Of a DNA stretch of 36,886 nt, positions 26,477 to 35,367 are shown piece by piece. The position numbers and the translations under genes are program-made. The notes under the pieces are model-generated. The model saw nothing but the letters and a program-made list of their open reading frames with translations, was not told the DNA's origin and searched no databases. The stretch is from positions 1 to 36,886 of the IMG/VR virus record IMGVR_UViG_3300020431_000302; one strand, written 5' to 3'. Numbering within the stretch: position 1 is the first letter of the stretch; every line of letters starts with the position of its first letter. This stretch comes from a virus. Taxonomy: Duplodnaviria > Caudoviricetes.

Positions 26477-26484
26477 TATTTATA
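26477..26484 (-). promoter_or_regulatory. Late promoter TATAAATA
   Basis: Exact box at the end of the terminator U-tract. Confidence 0.8.
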
Positions 26485-26512
26485 AAAAAATAGGAGACAA
26501 GTTTGTCTCCTA
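26484..26512 (-). terminator. Rho-independent terminator
   Basis: TAGGAGACAA-AC-TTGTCTCCTA stem followed by T7. Confidence 0.85.
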
Positions 26513-26517
26513 CAGAA

Positions 26518-26718
26518 TTACTCTTCTCTATTCTTAATTGCTTTGGTGACAACTTCAAGTAGTTGATCATCCATGTCAGTCTTGGTCAGCTTAACTGCTT
26601 TAGCAAGAATAACAAGACAGATCTCAACCATCTTCTCACCAAGTTCTTCATTTTCTGGAATCTTTGAAACTGCATCAGAGATGATTTTGGATGCTAATGG
26701 AAGTAAAAAAGAAAGCAT
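26518..26718 (-). CDS. Conserved cyanophage hypothetical protein
   Basis: MLSFLLPLASKII...LTKTDMDDQLL. Confidence 0.7.
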   Translation of the reverse strand: MLSFLLPLASKIISDAVSKIPENEELGEKMVEICLVILAKAVKLTKTDMDDQLLEVVTKAIKNREE

Positions 26719-26754
26719 GATAACCTCATATGATATCTATACTCTATATATCAA

Positions 26755-26976
26755 TTAGTCTTTGTTAGAGATCCACTTGCCAAGTTTCTTATCATACCTC
26801 TTAACTTCACCAGGCTTCAATTTATCTGATGCATCTTTTGCCTTTTGAATAAACTTACCAAACTTCATTCTCTGGTCTGCCTTAGCAAACTTCTTCTTCT
26901 CAGCATCATCTCTGGCAATCTTAGAAGCACGACCTGAATCAGTAGCGCTGTAAATTTCTTTGATAGCAGACATCAC
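26755..26976 (-). CDS. Hypothetical basic protein
   Basis: 73 aa, KLKPGEVKRYDK...WISNKD. Confidence 0.65.
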   Translation of the reverse strand: MMSAIKEIYSATDSGRASKIARDDAEKKKFAKADQRMKFGKFIQKAKDASDKLKPGEVKRYDKKLGKWISNKD

Positions 26977-27815
26977 TCAACACCATATCTACGATCAGAC
27001 TTACTGGTATCCATGTGCTTCTTTGCCATCTTAGTAGCAGTAGCATACATCACTGACTTAGCATCAACACCATATCTGCTCTTAAAACCTTTAAGGTTCT
27101 TCTTCATCCCCTTAACAATCTTTTCTTTCTCATCAGTTTCTGCTTTATCAAGGACTTTCTCTTCAAGTGCTGCTTCTTTTATCTTCTCACGCTTTGCTTT
27201 AGTCTTAGCAAGAATACGTGCCTTGGCATCATCCTGATCCTTCTTAGGAATAGCAGTTACAGCACCAACTTTCTGATCAACATCACCAGGAGCATACCCC
27301 TCAGCATGCCCCATTGGAATTTTACCTGACTTCTGAGCCTGCAATCTCTGCTTATCAAGAAGTTGCTGCCTCTTCATCATTTGTCCCTTCATTTGAAGTT
27401 GCTTTTTCTTTTCAGGATCAACTTCCTGCTCTTCAATTTCAACTACTTCAAGGATACTCCCACCCAATGCTTCAAATGCCTCCTTCATTGGAGGATTAAT
27501 TACAATTTTATTATTTACTTTCTTTTCTTTAATTTCTTTATCCATATCATCATCAGTCTTAGGAGATGATGATGGAATATCAGCAACTTCACGAAGCTCA
27601 AGATCAATTCTCCATGAAGAATGCTCAGTCAACCCAAGTTTCTGCTTCACTGCCTGACGTTCTGTTGAACTAATGCCAGACTGAGATCCCATAAAATCAT
27701 TAAAAGCTTTAAAGAGATTGCCTCCTTCTTTCTTTGCTTTATATCTAATTGCTTTGGTCATTTGAGTGACCCTACTCTTCACCTCTTCTGGTGTATTGTC
27801 TTGTTCAGAGATCAT
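26973..27815 (-). CDS. K/E-rich late protein, possible internal head protein
   Basis: KEKIVKGMKK...RYG..AKSVMYATATKMAK motif. AATAAATA late box at 27841-27848. Confidence 0.6.
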   Translation of the reverse strand: MISEQDNTPEEVKSRVTQMTKAIRYKAKKEGGNLFKAFNDFMGSQSGISSTERQAVKQKLGLTEHSSWRIDLELREVADIPSSSPKTDDDMDKEIKEKKVNNKIVINPPMKEAFEALGGSILEVVEIEEQEVDPEKKKQLQMKGQMMKRQQLLDKQRLQAQKSGKIPMGHAEGYAPGDVDQKVGAVTAIPKKDQDDAKARILAKTKAKREKIKEAALEEKVLDKAETDEKEKIVKGMKKNLKGFKSRYGVDAKSVMYATATKMAKKHMDTSKSDRRYGVE

Positions 27816-27824
27816 GACACTAGA

Positions 27825-29111
27825 TTACTTCTTTTTTCTGTATTTATTTATGAATTCTCTTCCATATCCTTTATATGGTTTGCCACCAGTCTGAACATTT
27901 GTCTTTTCTCCCTTATCAAATCCAGGAGTCATGTCAGCAGCATACTTAAAGTATCCAGATGTTCCAGTCAAAGTGTTTGGTTTACCAGGAAGTCTATTCT
28001 TCCTACTCATCTTGACTTCTGTATACTCTTTCAGGTCTTTGATCCAAGACTTGAACATAATATTATCTTCAGTTACACAGATAAGATAGTTAGTCCCTCT
28101 TCTAATAACCTTACCAATCAGTCCAGTATTCAGGTTCTCAACCAAACCATCTAACTTAAAGATATTACCAGAGACATAACTTTCCCTAAGATTCTTCCAG
28201 TCAAACTTAGGTGCAATCTCCCACAGACTCCATCCCTCTTTAACTTCCATCTTCTTACGAAGATTAGACATCATCTGTTTAGCAGTCTTATCATCAATAA
28301 TCTTAGGAACACCCTGTCTAAATGATTTAAAATCATTTTCTGCTGCAGCCTTTCTCACTTTAGAAGCAGACATTCCCTCTACGCCTTCTGCATCCTCATC
28401 TCTTTCTCCAGCAGATACAGTCTCCACACCAGAAAAATCATAGAGTTTGCCATTATAATCTCCTGAGAGCTTTTCAAATTCCTTAACTCTATCACCACCA
28501 ACGACAATTTTAACACTTGAATATCCATCTTCATGCCCCTGTTTCAGAACGTCAAATATAGTCCTAGCATTAGGATCATTTACAATGTTCTCTGAATAAT
28601 CAGGGAACATTTGCCTCATCACATCTACTTTCTCATCAGGATCATATGGATTCTTTTTCTTATCCTGTGATCTTGATGGGTAAATCTTTAAAGATCCTTT
28701 ACCTGCTGCCTTCTTAGCAGCATCTAAAAGTTTTTGATGACCTACTGTAGGTGGATTGAATCTACCAAAAGTTACAGTTAAAGGTCCAAGATCTTCTTTA
28801 GGCGAACCATCTGCTCTTGTAGGTTGAGGCATTCTCCTTTGAGTTCCATCTGTAAATGCTCCATACTCTCCTTGCTCTTGAGATGTTGATTGCTCAGGTT
28901 GCTGACTTGTTTCTTTAGATTCTGCATCATCAGTCTGTTGTTTTTCTTTCTTTGACAGCATCTCAAGTCTGCCACTTTTGGTTACAGCAACTCTGCTACC
29001 ATCTTTGTCAAACCAGTTGCCATGACCATCACCAGTCAGTCTCAGGCGTTCTGCCTGATCTGATGCTTGAGATGTTCTTGCTTCCCTAAAGAAACTTAAA
29101 AAGGATTTCAT
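27825..29111 (-). CDS. Cytidylyltransferase-like (HIGH-type nucleotidyltransferase) protein
   Basis: FGRFNPPTVGHQKL, VVGGDRV, SAGERD, MSASKVR. N-terminus is MKSFLSFFRE. Confidence 0.85.
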   Translation of the reverse strand: MKSFLSFFREARTSQASDQAERLRLTGDGHGNWFDKDGSRVAVTKSGRLEMLSKKEKQQTDDAESKETSQQPEQSTSQEQGEYGAFTDGTQRRMPQPTRADGSPKEDLGPLTVTFGRFNPPTVGHQKLLDAAKKAAGKGSLKIYPSRSQDKKKNPYDPDEKVDVMRQMFPDYSENIVNDPNARTIFDVLKQGHEDGYSSVKIVVGGDRVKEFEKLSGDYNGKLYDFSGVETVSAGERDEDAEGVEGMSASKVRKAAAENDFKSFRQGVPKIIDDKTAKQMMSNLRKKMEVKEGWSLWEIAPKFDWKNLRESYVSGNIFKLDGLVENLNTGLIGKVIRRGTNYLICVTEDNIMFKSWIKDLKEYTEVKMSRKNRLPGKPNTLTGTSGYFKYAADMTPGFDKGEKTNVQTGGKPYKGYGREFINKYRKKK

Positions 29112-29136
29112 TAGTTATAATTTTTCCCCATAAGGA

Positions 29137-29144
29137 TATTTAGG
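29137..29144 (-). promoter_or_regulatory. Late promoter variant CCTAAATA
   Basis: Overlaps the TAA stop of the methyltransferase gene. Confidence 0.55.
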
Positions 29145-29910
29145 TGTCTGCCAAATTGAAGACATCAGAGTCAGACTCAGGAGATACACCTGTCTCATCA
29201 GTAAACTTTTTAAGATCATTCTTAGATGGTTCAGCAATCCTTTTCCTTGCCATATCATGATACTCTTCAGAGAGATCAAACCCAATATAATCATGTCCAA
29301 GTAGATTAGCAACCAGACCAGTAGTTCCAGAACCACTATATGGGTCAAGAACAACACCAGGTTCTTGCATTACAGCATGAATACATCTTGTAGGGAGTTG
29401 AATAGGATATGGAGCAGGATGAGGATTCCTCATCTCAGGACCAAACTTCCATACACTTGTCCACTCAGCACACTTCCTAGGCAATCTAGGATGCTTTGGT
29501 CCTTTACATAACCAAAAGATTCTTTCATCAGTTTGAATAAATCTATATCCAGAAATCTCAGGACCACTACCTCTGTTCCATACAATTTCTTCTCTAATGT
29601 TCCACTTAGTCTTAGTCAACCATGCCCATGGTGAGATAGCATCACCTTTATAATACCTTACCTTGTGATTATAAAAAAGTGACCCTCCCTCCTTTGTCTT
29701 ATCAAACAGGATATCTAGCAGTTCAATCTGCTGCTCTTGGTACTCATCCTCAGGAAGAGTGTCATCAAAAGCAGCATATTCAATCTTACGAAACAAACCC
29801 CCACCTACACCACATTTGTTGTAAGGAGGGGAAGTTACAGTACAATTAATAGAATTATCTTCAAGACCTTTAGCAAGTTCAATACAGTTGCCAGTCCTCA
29901 GGTCAATCAT
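29140..29910 (-). CDS. Beta-class N4-cytosine/N6-adenine DNA methyltransferase
   Basis: TSPPYN (motif IV) near the N-terminus; HPAPYP and LDPYSGSGTT (motif I) near the C-terminus. Confidence 0.92.
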   Translation of the reverse strand: MIDLRTGNCIELAKGLEDNSINCTVTSPPYNKCGVGGGLFRKIEYAAFDDTLPEDEYQEQQIELLDILFDKTKEGGSLFYNHKVRYYKGDAISPWAWLTKTKWNIREEIVWNRGSGPEISGYRFIQTDERIFWLCKGPKHPRLPRKCAEWTSVWKFGPEMRNPHPAPYPIQLPTRCIHAVMQEPGVVLDPYSGSGTTGLVANLLGHDYIGFDLSEEYHDMARKRIAEPSKNDLKKFTDETGVSPESDSDVFNLADT

Positions 29911-29931
29911 AGTCGTTTCTTGTATAGGTCT

Positions 29932-29960
29932 ATCATAGCAGATCTCTGCCCTGCTGTCAA
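29932..29960 (-). promoter_or_regulatory. Sigma70 promoter for the methyltransferase
   Basis: TTGACA (29960-29955), 17 nt spacer, TATGAT (29937-29932). Confidence 0.8.
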
Positions 29961-29978
29961 TTCTGTATGCCAGTTACT

Positions 29979-31244
29979 TTACTGCACCTTGATGAAAGGA
30001 CCAGCCATGTCTTTCTGAGAAATATTCATTTTAGAGGAAAGGAAGTACGCATGAGCTATTAACTCTGCCATCTTACCTTTTCTTTTAGCATCAATAAACA
30101 TCTTGATGTATCTAAGATGCCTCAGTTTTGCTCTAATCTTCTGATCCATATTTTTATTTCCTGGTTTTCCTTTATCCATCAGTGCTACTGATTGAATAAA
30201 TTTATCAGGTGTTAATTTCTTTCCATCAATTGTAAAGTTGCCTAGGTCAAGTGAAATACCACCAGAGTTTTGAATAATCTTCTTGATGTAGGATTTCCAA
30301 TAAGTAACCTCACTATCATTCAATGCTCTATTCATAGGGATATTATGATTAATATCCTCACCAGAGTATTTTTTAACAAGTTCTGCCATCTTTGGTCCTG
30401 GTATAGAACCATTTCTAGCAGTTGCAGTAGTATACTTACCTTTATTATTCAGCACAAGGTCTCTAGGTTCAGTAGCATCTGAAGTCTTACTAGAACCTTT
30501 GCTCTCCCATGAATACTTTTTAGCATAAGTTCCTGCCTCAAATCTAGCAGCAAACCTAAGTGAGTTACCAGCAAAGTCAATTTCACCACTTCTAGTAGAA
30601 ATATCAAATACAGTCTTCATTGGAGTCTCAATACTACCATCCTGAACATCTATCCCATCAGGACCCATAGTCAGATTAGTTTCAGTAATTTTTACATTAG
30701 CACCTCTAGTCTTCTGCTTCAATGAGATGGGAAGAAGAATCTTATCCTTCAATGCTTTAGACATCAATGTATTGATAGTACCAACATATACTTCAGGATC
30801 CATACCTTCAGTAAGTTCTTTTCTCAATTCCTCAATATATTTTTTAAGAGAGGTCTCTTGAGACCTCTTCACCATGTAGACATCAGCAGTGTTCCAAGAG
30901 TCTTTCTTTCCTGTGAATATGTCTTTCTGTGCCCTAGTAAATCCATCCCACACATCATTAATGATTGTTGATGAATCATTAGCAGGGACAGATTTTGTTC
31001 TACCATCATAGTGAGCATACAAATATGATCCATCTTTTGTGCCAGGTCTATGGTTAAGATATTCCATAAGAGCATCTGCTCCTGCAAGAATACCCTCTCT
31101 CCACTCTCTTGACATGCCAGGATATTCTTTATCCATGGCATCAGTCATCTCAGGACTAGCACCTGGTTCAGTTGATTGACCATTGTTGATAGCTTGATAA
31201 TAACAGGCAATACTAGCAGCTTCAAATTTAGCTGTATCTGCCAT
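29979..31244 (-). CDS. Hypothetical protein, possible PD-(D/E)xK-like endonuclease
   Basis: Early Glu (KFE), WNTADVYMV and LPISLK resemble a variant PD-(D/E)xK core. Confidence 0.45.
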   Translation of the reverse strand: MADTAKFEAASIACYYQAINNGQSTEPGASPEMTDAMDKEYPGMSREWREGILAGADALMEYLNHRPGTKDGSYLYAHYDGRTKSVPANDSSTIINDVWDGFTRAQKDIFTGKKDSWNTADVYMVKRSQETSLKKYIEELRKELTEGMDPEVYVGTINTLMSKALKDKILLPISLKQKTRGANVKITETNLTMGPDGIDVQDGSIETPMKTVFDISTRSGEIDFAGNSLRFAARFEAGTYAKKYSWESKGSSKTSDATEPRDLVLNNKGKYTTATARNGSIPGPKMAELVKKYSGEDINHNIPMNRALNDSEVTYWKSYIKKIIQNSGGISLDLGNFTIDGKKLTPDKFIQSVALMDKGKPGNKNMDQKIRAKLRHLRYIKMFIDAKRKGKMAELIAHAYFLSSKMNISQKDMAGPFIKVQ

Positions 31245-31248
31245 TCAC

Positions 31249-32163
31249 TCAGTCCTCCCAGGAATTTACAATCTCTTCAAATGCTTTGAGTTCTGCTTCA
31301 GAGAAAGACACTTCTTCATTATGCTTCACACCTTTCTTCTTATCAGAAAGTGCTTTCTTCATTGACTCCTTCTCATCACCATCACCATCAAAGTCAAGGT
31401 AGTCAGGCTTAGAACCTTTCTTCTCTGCTACAAACTCTTCATTCTTGGGTACACAGTTTGGGACCATCTTGCCACCCTTCTTTTTCATCCCAACTTTTTT
31501 GTGGGTATCCCAACAAGGATCTTTATCCTCTTTAGCTAGTTGTGCTTTACGCCCTGAAGGATTCTGAATTGCAATTCTACGTTGCATCTGCTTATTGGCA
31601 CCTGCTTCATCACCTTTTCTAGCTGCCCCCTCTTCTTTATCATAAGCCTTATTAGATTGACGCTCCATCTTCTCTTTAGGAAGAGGTTTGTAACCTTCAA
31701 TCATTTTAAGAATCCCTGCTTTCACAACAGCAACTTCTTCTGCCACCAAAGCAGAATGATGCCTTTGAATTCTCTTCTCTTGATTATGTCTTACAGACCA
31801 AGTTTCCTGAAGTCTCTTAGTTTGTCTATACTTTGCAAAATCTTCAAGTTGATTTGCTTTTGATTGAATGCGAGTGAATGTCTCAGCAAATGCATCAAAG
31901 AGTCTGGAGAGTTTAGCATTTCTGCCAGTATTCTCTCCCTCTGCAAGGACTTCAGACAGGATGTCTGCTACCTCTTGAACTTGGATTTCCTCAGTAAAAA
32001 GAATTTCACATACTTCTTCAGAGATTTCACGAAGATCATTATCAGTAAGAGATGCAATATTCATTTCACTGACTGGATCTCTTTGTGAGTAATACTCTTC
32101 CTTTGCTTCCACACTATGGACAGCACCATATGCTTCCATGAAGTTACTCATTGATGAAGACAT
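31249..32163 (-). CDS. Late K/E-rich protein, possible internal virion protein
   Basis: DPCWDTHKKVGMKKKGGKMVPNCVP and KPDYLDFDGDGDEKESMKKA modules. Likely start is ATG 32163. Confidence 0.65.
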   Translation of the reverse strand: MSSSMSNFMEAYGAVHSVEAKEEYYSQRDPVSEMNIASLTDNDLREISEEVCEILFTEEIQVQEVADILSEVLAEGENTGRNAKLSRLFDAFAETFTRIQSKANQLEDFAKYRQTKRLQETWSVRHNQEKRIQRHHSALVAEEVAVVKAGILKMIEGYKPLPKEKMERQSNKAYDKEEGAARKGDEAGANKQMQRRIAIQNPSGRKAQLAKEDKDPCWDTHKKVGMKKKGGKMVPNCVPKNEEFVAEKKGSKPDYLDFDGDGDEKESMKKALSDKKKGVKHNEEVSFSEAELKAFEEIVNSWED

Positions 32164-32191
32164 TTTCGTTCGCAATTACTATTCCTATTTT

Positions 32192-32199
32192 TATTTATA
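32192..32199 (-). promoter_or_regulatory. Late promoter TATAAATA
   Basis: Exact box overlapping the TAA of 32195..32422. Confidence 0.75.
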
Positions 32200-32422
32200 C
32201 TTCTTCTTCTTTTTGTTTTTTCTTATTAAATCCAAAAGGCATATGATCTGGATGATCTTCAAGTCTCATCTTATGAGCAAGAGCACAAACAGACTCCATC
32301 ACTTTCAGACAATCTTCAGTCTTTGAACCTTCTGGCATATTCCTAAGAATAATATCAAATAGGGGGAAAAACCTATCTGATGCTGCATGAACTTCATCAG
32401 TTGTTAGTGGTTTCAGATTCAT
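32195..32422 (-). CDS. Hypothetical protein
   Basis: 75 aa ORF, KTEDCLKVMESV...PFGFNK. Confidence 0.65.
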   Translation of the reverse strand: MNLKPLTTDEVHAASDRFFPLFDIILRNMPEGSKTEDCLKVMESVCALAHKMRLEDHPDHMPFGFNKKKQKEEEV

Positions 32423-32588
32423 TTTTCAGTGTCTCCTCAATTTGGTTATCAATGTTTACAATGATATTACGAATATCAATGATTCTTGTTGGGCAACAGG
32501 ATACATCTGATGTATATCCATTCTGTTCACGAAATAATGCCTGCCTTACAGCAACTGCACTTCTCACATCAAGTTCAAGTTTAATCAT
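32397..32588 (-). CDS. Hypothetical protein
   Basis: 63 aa ORF, ATGA-coupled to mazG. Confidence 0.65.
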   Translation of the reverse strand: MIKLELDVRSAVAVRQALFREQNGYTSDVSCCPTRIIDIRNIIVNIDNQIEETLKNESETTNN

Positions 32589-32989
32589 ACATCTCCTTTT
32601 TTACGATTTTCAGAGTGGTGAACATCAAAAGATCCACCAGGATAGCGTTTCTCAAGTTTCTCCACATTCATTTCAATGATCTCATCAATAGTAGTATCAA
32701 GACCCATACATGCTTGAGCAACATACCACATGATGTCTCCAAGTTCACGTTTGAGATGAAACAGATTCTCCTCATTTACAGGTTTGCCTTGAAAGACAAT
32801 CTTTTTTACAATCTCAGTAAACTCTCCTGCCTCAGCAGACATTCCTACAGCAGCAGTAAGCAATCGCTCGGTAGGAAACTCTTGACCTTCAAGTTCTTGG
32901 ATACGATATACAAAAGCTTGGTGGTCTTTACTTTGTTCTGAAGTGACGCCATCTACAAATTCCAGGTATCTTTGTGTGTCTACAGTCAT
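32585..32989 (-). CDS. mazG: MazG nucleoside triphosphate pyrophosphohydrolase
   Basis: AEAGEFTEIVKK, RELGDIMWY, NVEKLEKRYP. Start moved to ATG 32989. Confidence 0.92.
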   Translation of the reverse strand: MTVDTQRYLEFVDGVTSEQSKDHQAFVYRIQELEGQEFPTERLLTAAVGMSAEAGEFTEIVKKIVFQGKPVNEENLFHLKRELGDIMWYVAQACMGLDTTIDEIIEMNVEKLEKRYPGGSFDVHHSENRKKGDV

Positions 32990-32996
32990 AAATTTA

Positions 32997-34370
32997 TCAG
33001 AATTTGAATCCATCGAATGTCTTCTTTGGTTTTTCATCGTAACTATACTCTTCATCCTTCTTGTTGTCAAGAAGGTCTTCTTGTGCAGACTGTTCACAGT
33101 CATACAGTCTCATCTTTGCTCTATCAATACCCACAACAAATCTCTTATTGATATTGATATCGTTGTATCTATTCTTTAATTGCTTGACTAGTATTTGTCC
33201 AAGCCCCTCAAGGTCATCAGTTGAAATAAGGGCAAACATAAGATCAGCAGTAGCAGGGAGACCAAAGGACTCACTAGTGTCAGTAAGCTCAACATCACTG
33301 CTGCCATAACCAGAGCGAGTGGTCTGCGTGGCAGAAACGATAGGGACGTTTGCCTCGCAAGCCAACCCTCGAAGCTCTTCAGCAATTGCCTTGACAGTAG
33401 TATATGAATTGACATTACTTCCTGCGCGATATCTTTCGGAAGCACATATATTGAGGTAATCAATAAAAATAATATCAGGTCTAAATGACTTCTTAAGTGC
33501 AAGCTCATTAAGAAGTGACTTAAAGTGTCCTGCATGTGCAGTAGCAGTAGGATATTCCTTAATTATAAGAGAACCTTGAGTTTTCTGCGCAACATTGTTG
33601 ACTTTAGTTTCAAATATCTGCTTTGGAAGACCTGCAATATCTCCAATAGGAACATTCAAAAGATTAGCATCAATTCTTTCTGCAATTCTTTCCTCAGCCA
33701 TCTCAGCTGTGATGTATAGTACGTTCTTGCCTTGGAGTAACACACTGCTTGCGACATGACACATAAACAAAGACTTACCAACACCAGTGCCAGCAAGAGC
33801 AATATTGAGTGTTTTGTTTGGAAGGCCACCCTTTGTAATTTTGTTGAGGAAGTCCAGGTCGAATGAAATCCTTTCCTCTTTCTTGTTGTATAAGTCGTAT
33901 CTCTCTTCATAATCCTCTAGATAGTCGTGACCTACATGATTATCAAAAGAAACTGCAAGTGCTTCAGAAAGGATTGAAGGAATTGCATCTGGATTTTTCT
34001 TCTCATCACCACCATCAGCAATCTGAATAGACTCCATCAATGCAAGGTAGATAGCACGATCACGACACCACTTTTCAGTAGTATCCATCAACCATTCTAT
34101 CTCAGCAGGTTCACTATCTAGATGTTCAATGAGAGTGGTTATTTCCTTATAAGAAGTTTCATTAATGTCACTTCTTTTCTCTACTTCAATATTAAGAACT
34201 TCTTTTGTAGGAACTCTATTATATTCAGTTACAAAATTACTAATCTCATCATAAAGTGTCTTCTGATTAAAGTCTTGAAAATATTCAGTTTTGATAAAAG
34301 GAATTACCTTCCTTAGATATTCTTCATTGTGTAAAAGGTTCTTGAGGACAAGAAACTCAACTCTCTCCAT
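32997..34370 (-). CDS. gp41: Replicative DNA helicase
   Basis: AGTGVGKS Walker A, EMAEERI, IDYL, SATQTTR, QLKNRY. Confidence 0.96.
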   Translation of the reverse strand: MERVEFLVLKNLLHNEEYLRKVIPFIKTEYFQDFNQKTLYDEISNFVTEYNRVPTKEVLNIEVEKRSDINETSYKEITTLIEHLDSEPAEIEWLMDTTEKWCRDRAIYLALMESIQIADGGDEKKNPDAIPSILSEALAVSFDNHVGHDYLEDYEERYDLYNKKEERISFDLDFLNKITKGGLPNKTLNIALAGTGVGKSLFMCHVASSVLLQGKNVLYITAEMAEERIAERIDANLLNVPIGDIAGLPKQIFETKVNNVAQKTQGSLIIKEYPTATAHAGHFKSLLNELALKKSFRPDIIFIDYLNICASERYRAGSNVNSYTTVKAIAEELRGLACEANVPIVSATQTTRSGYGSSDVELTDTSESFGLPATADLMFALISTDDLEGLGQILVKQLKNRYNDININKRFVVGIDRAKMRLYDCEQSAQEDLLDNKKDEEYSYDEKPKKTFDGFKF

Positions 34371-35367
34371 AACTAAATTCCTTTCTAGCGATTTGATCTA
34401 ATTGTTGCATTACTTCTTCAGTGAAGTATTGTTCTGGATCTTTCAAGATTGCTTTGGCATACACTTTCTTCCCATCCATCTCATAGCGTCCTGCTACATT
34501 CTTCCAGAGTCCTCCAATCTCACCAAGTTCAAGAAGACCATAATAGCGATCAAGACCCCTATGATCATAGAATAAACGAACAGTTACATCCTTGTTCTCC
34601 TTACTTAAACGCGACTTAGCAGTCTTTGCCTTGATAAGGTTTCCAATGATTTCCGTTCCATCCTTCTCCTTTCTCTTACTGAGATAAATGATTGTAGAGG
34701 CGGCATACTTGAGGCCACTGCCTCCTCCCATCTCCTTAGTTGGCACATAAGAACCGATAACATCGTAGGTATGATTGGTAACAATCATTGGTATTTTTGC
34801 TTGACCTAGTTTCAAAGTAAGCATTCTAAAAGCACCTTTGACCAACTGTGATTTGGTCATATCCCTGACTTGTTTGTCATTCAGAGCATCTGTAATCTCT
34901 TTCTCTGTTGAAAGCATTCCCAAAGAGTCTAACACAAACATGCAAGGTTTGCGATCCTCTTCAGACTTTTTCAAATATATATCTACTGCTTTAAGTGCCT
35001 TGACACGAAACTCCTCAATTGTAACAACATTAATAACAATCAACCTATTTAAATCAATGCCACGACTTTCTAGTAGTGACTTATTAACTGCTGCCTCAGT
35101 ATCAAAATAAAGGCAATATGCATTGGGATTAATATCCAAGAAGTTCTTGACCACTGCGAGTGAAAAGAAAGTCTTTCCAGTAGAACTTTCGCCAGCAATT
35201 GCAGTAATTTTATTGCCAGATACGCCACCACTGATAGACCCAGATACAAGAGCGTTAAGAATGAACGAACCTGTGTCCACATATGTTTCAGTGTCATCAA
35301 TGTCTGATGCAAGTTTTGTGTACTCACCACCAACCTCTTTAATAATCTCTTGTAAAAAATCCATCAT
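34357..35367 (-). CDS. uvsX: RecA-like recombinase
   Basis: GESSTGKT, FDTE, VLDSLGML, MGGGSGLKY. Confidence 0.95.
   Translation of the reverse strand: MMDFLQEIIKEVGGEYTKLASDIDDTETYVDTGSFILNALVSGSISGGVSGNKITAIAGESSTGKTFFSLAVVKNFLDINPNAYCLYFDTEAAVNKSLLESRGIDLNRLIVINVVTIEEFRVKALKAVDIYLKKSEEDRKPCMFVLDSLGMLSTEKEITDALNDKQVRDMTKSQLVKGAFRMLTLKLGQAKIPMIVTNHTYDVIGSYVPTKEMGGGSGLKYAASTIIYLSKRKEKDGTEIIGNLIKAKTAKSRLSKENKDVTVRLFYDHRGLDRYYGLLELGEIGGLWKNVAGRYEMDGKKVYAKAILKDPEQYFTEEVMQQLDQIARKEFSYGES

Noticed and set aside
29115-29357. Alternative-frame minus-strand ORFs within the MTase, nrdA, gp41, uvsX and others
   Set aside because: They are short, lack an RBS or promoter, and are expected by chance. Only 19966..20319 had supporting signals.
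32990-33103. N-terminal extension of MazG in the ORF track (likewise 4743..4787 and 23868..23879)
   Set aside because: These extensions overlap upstream genes. Downstream ATGs give family-typical starts.
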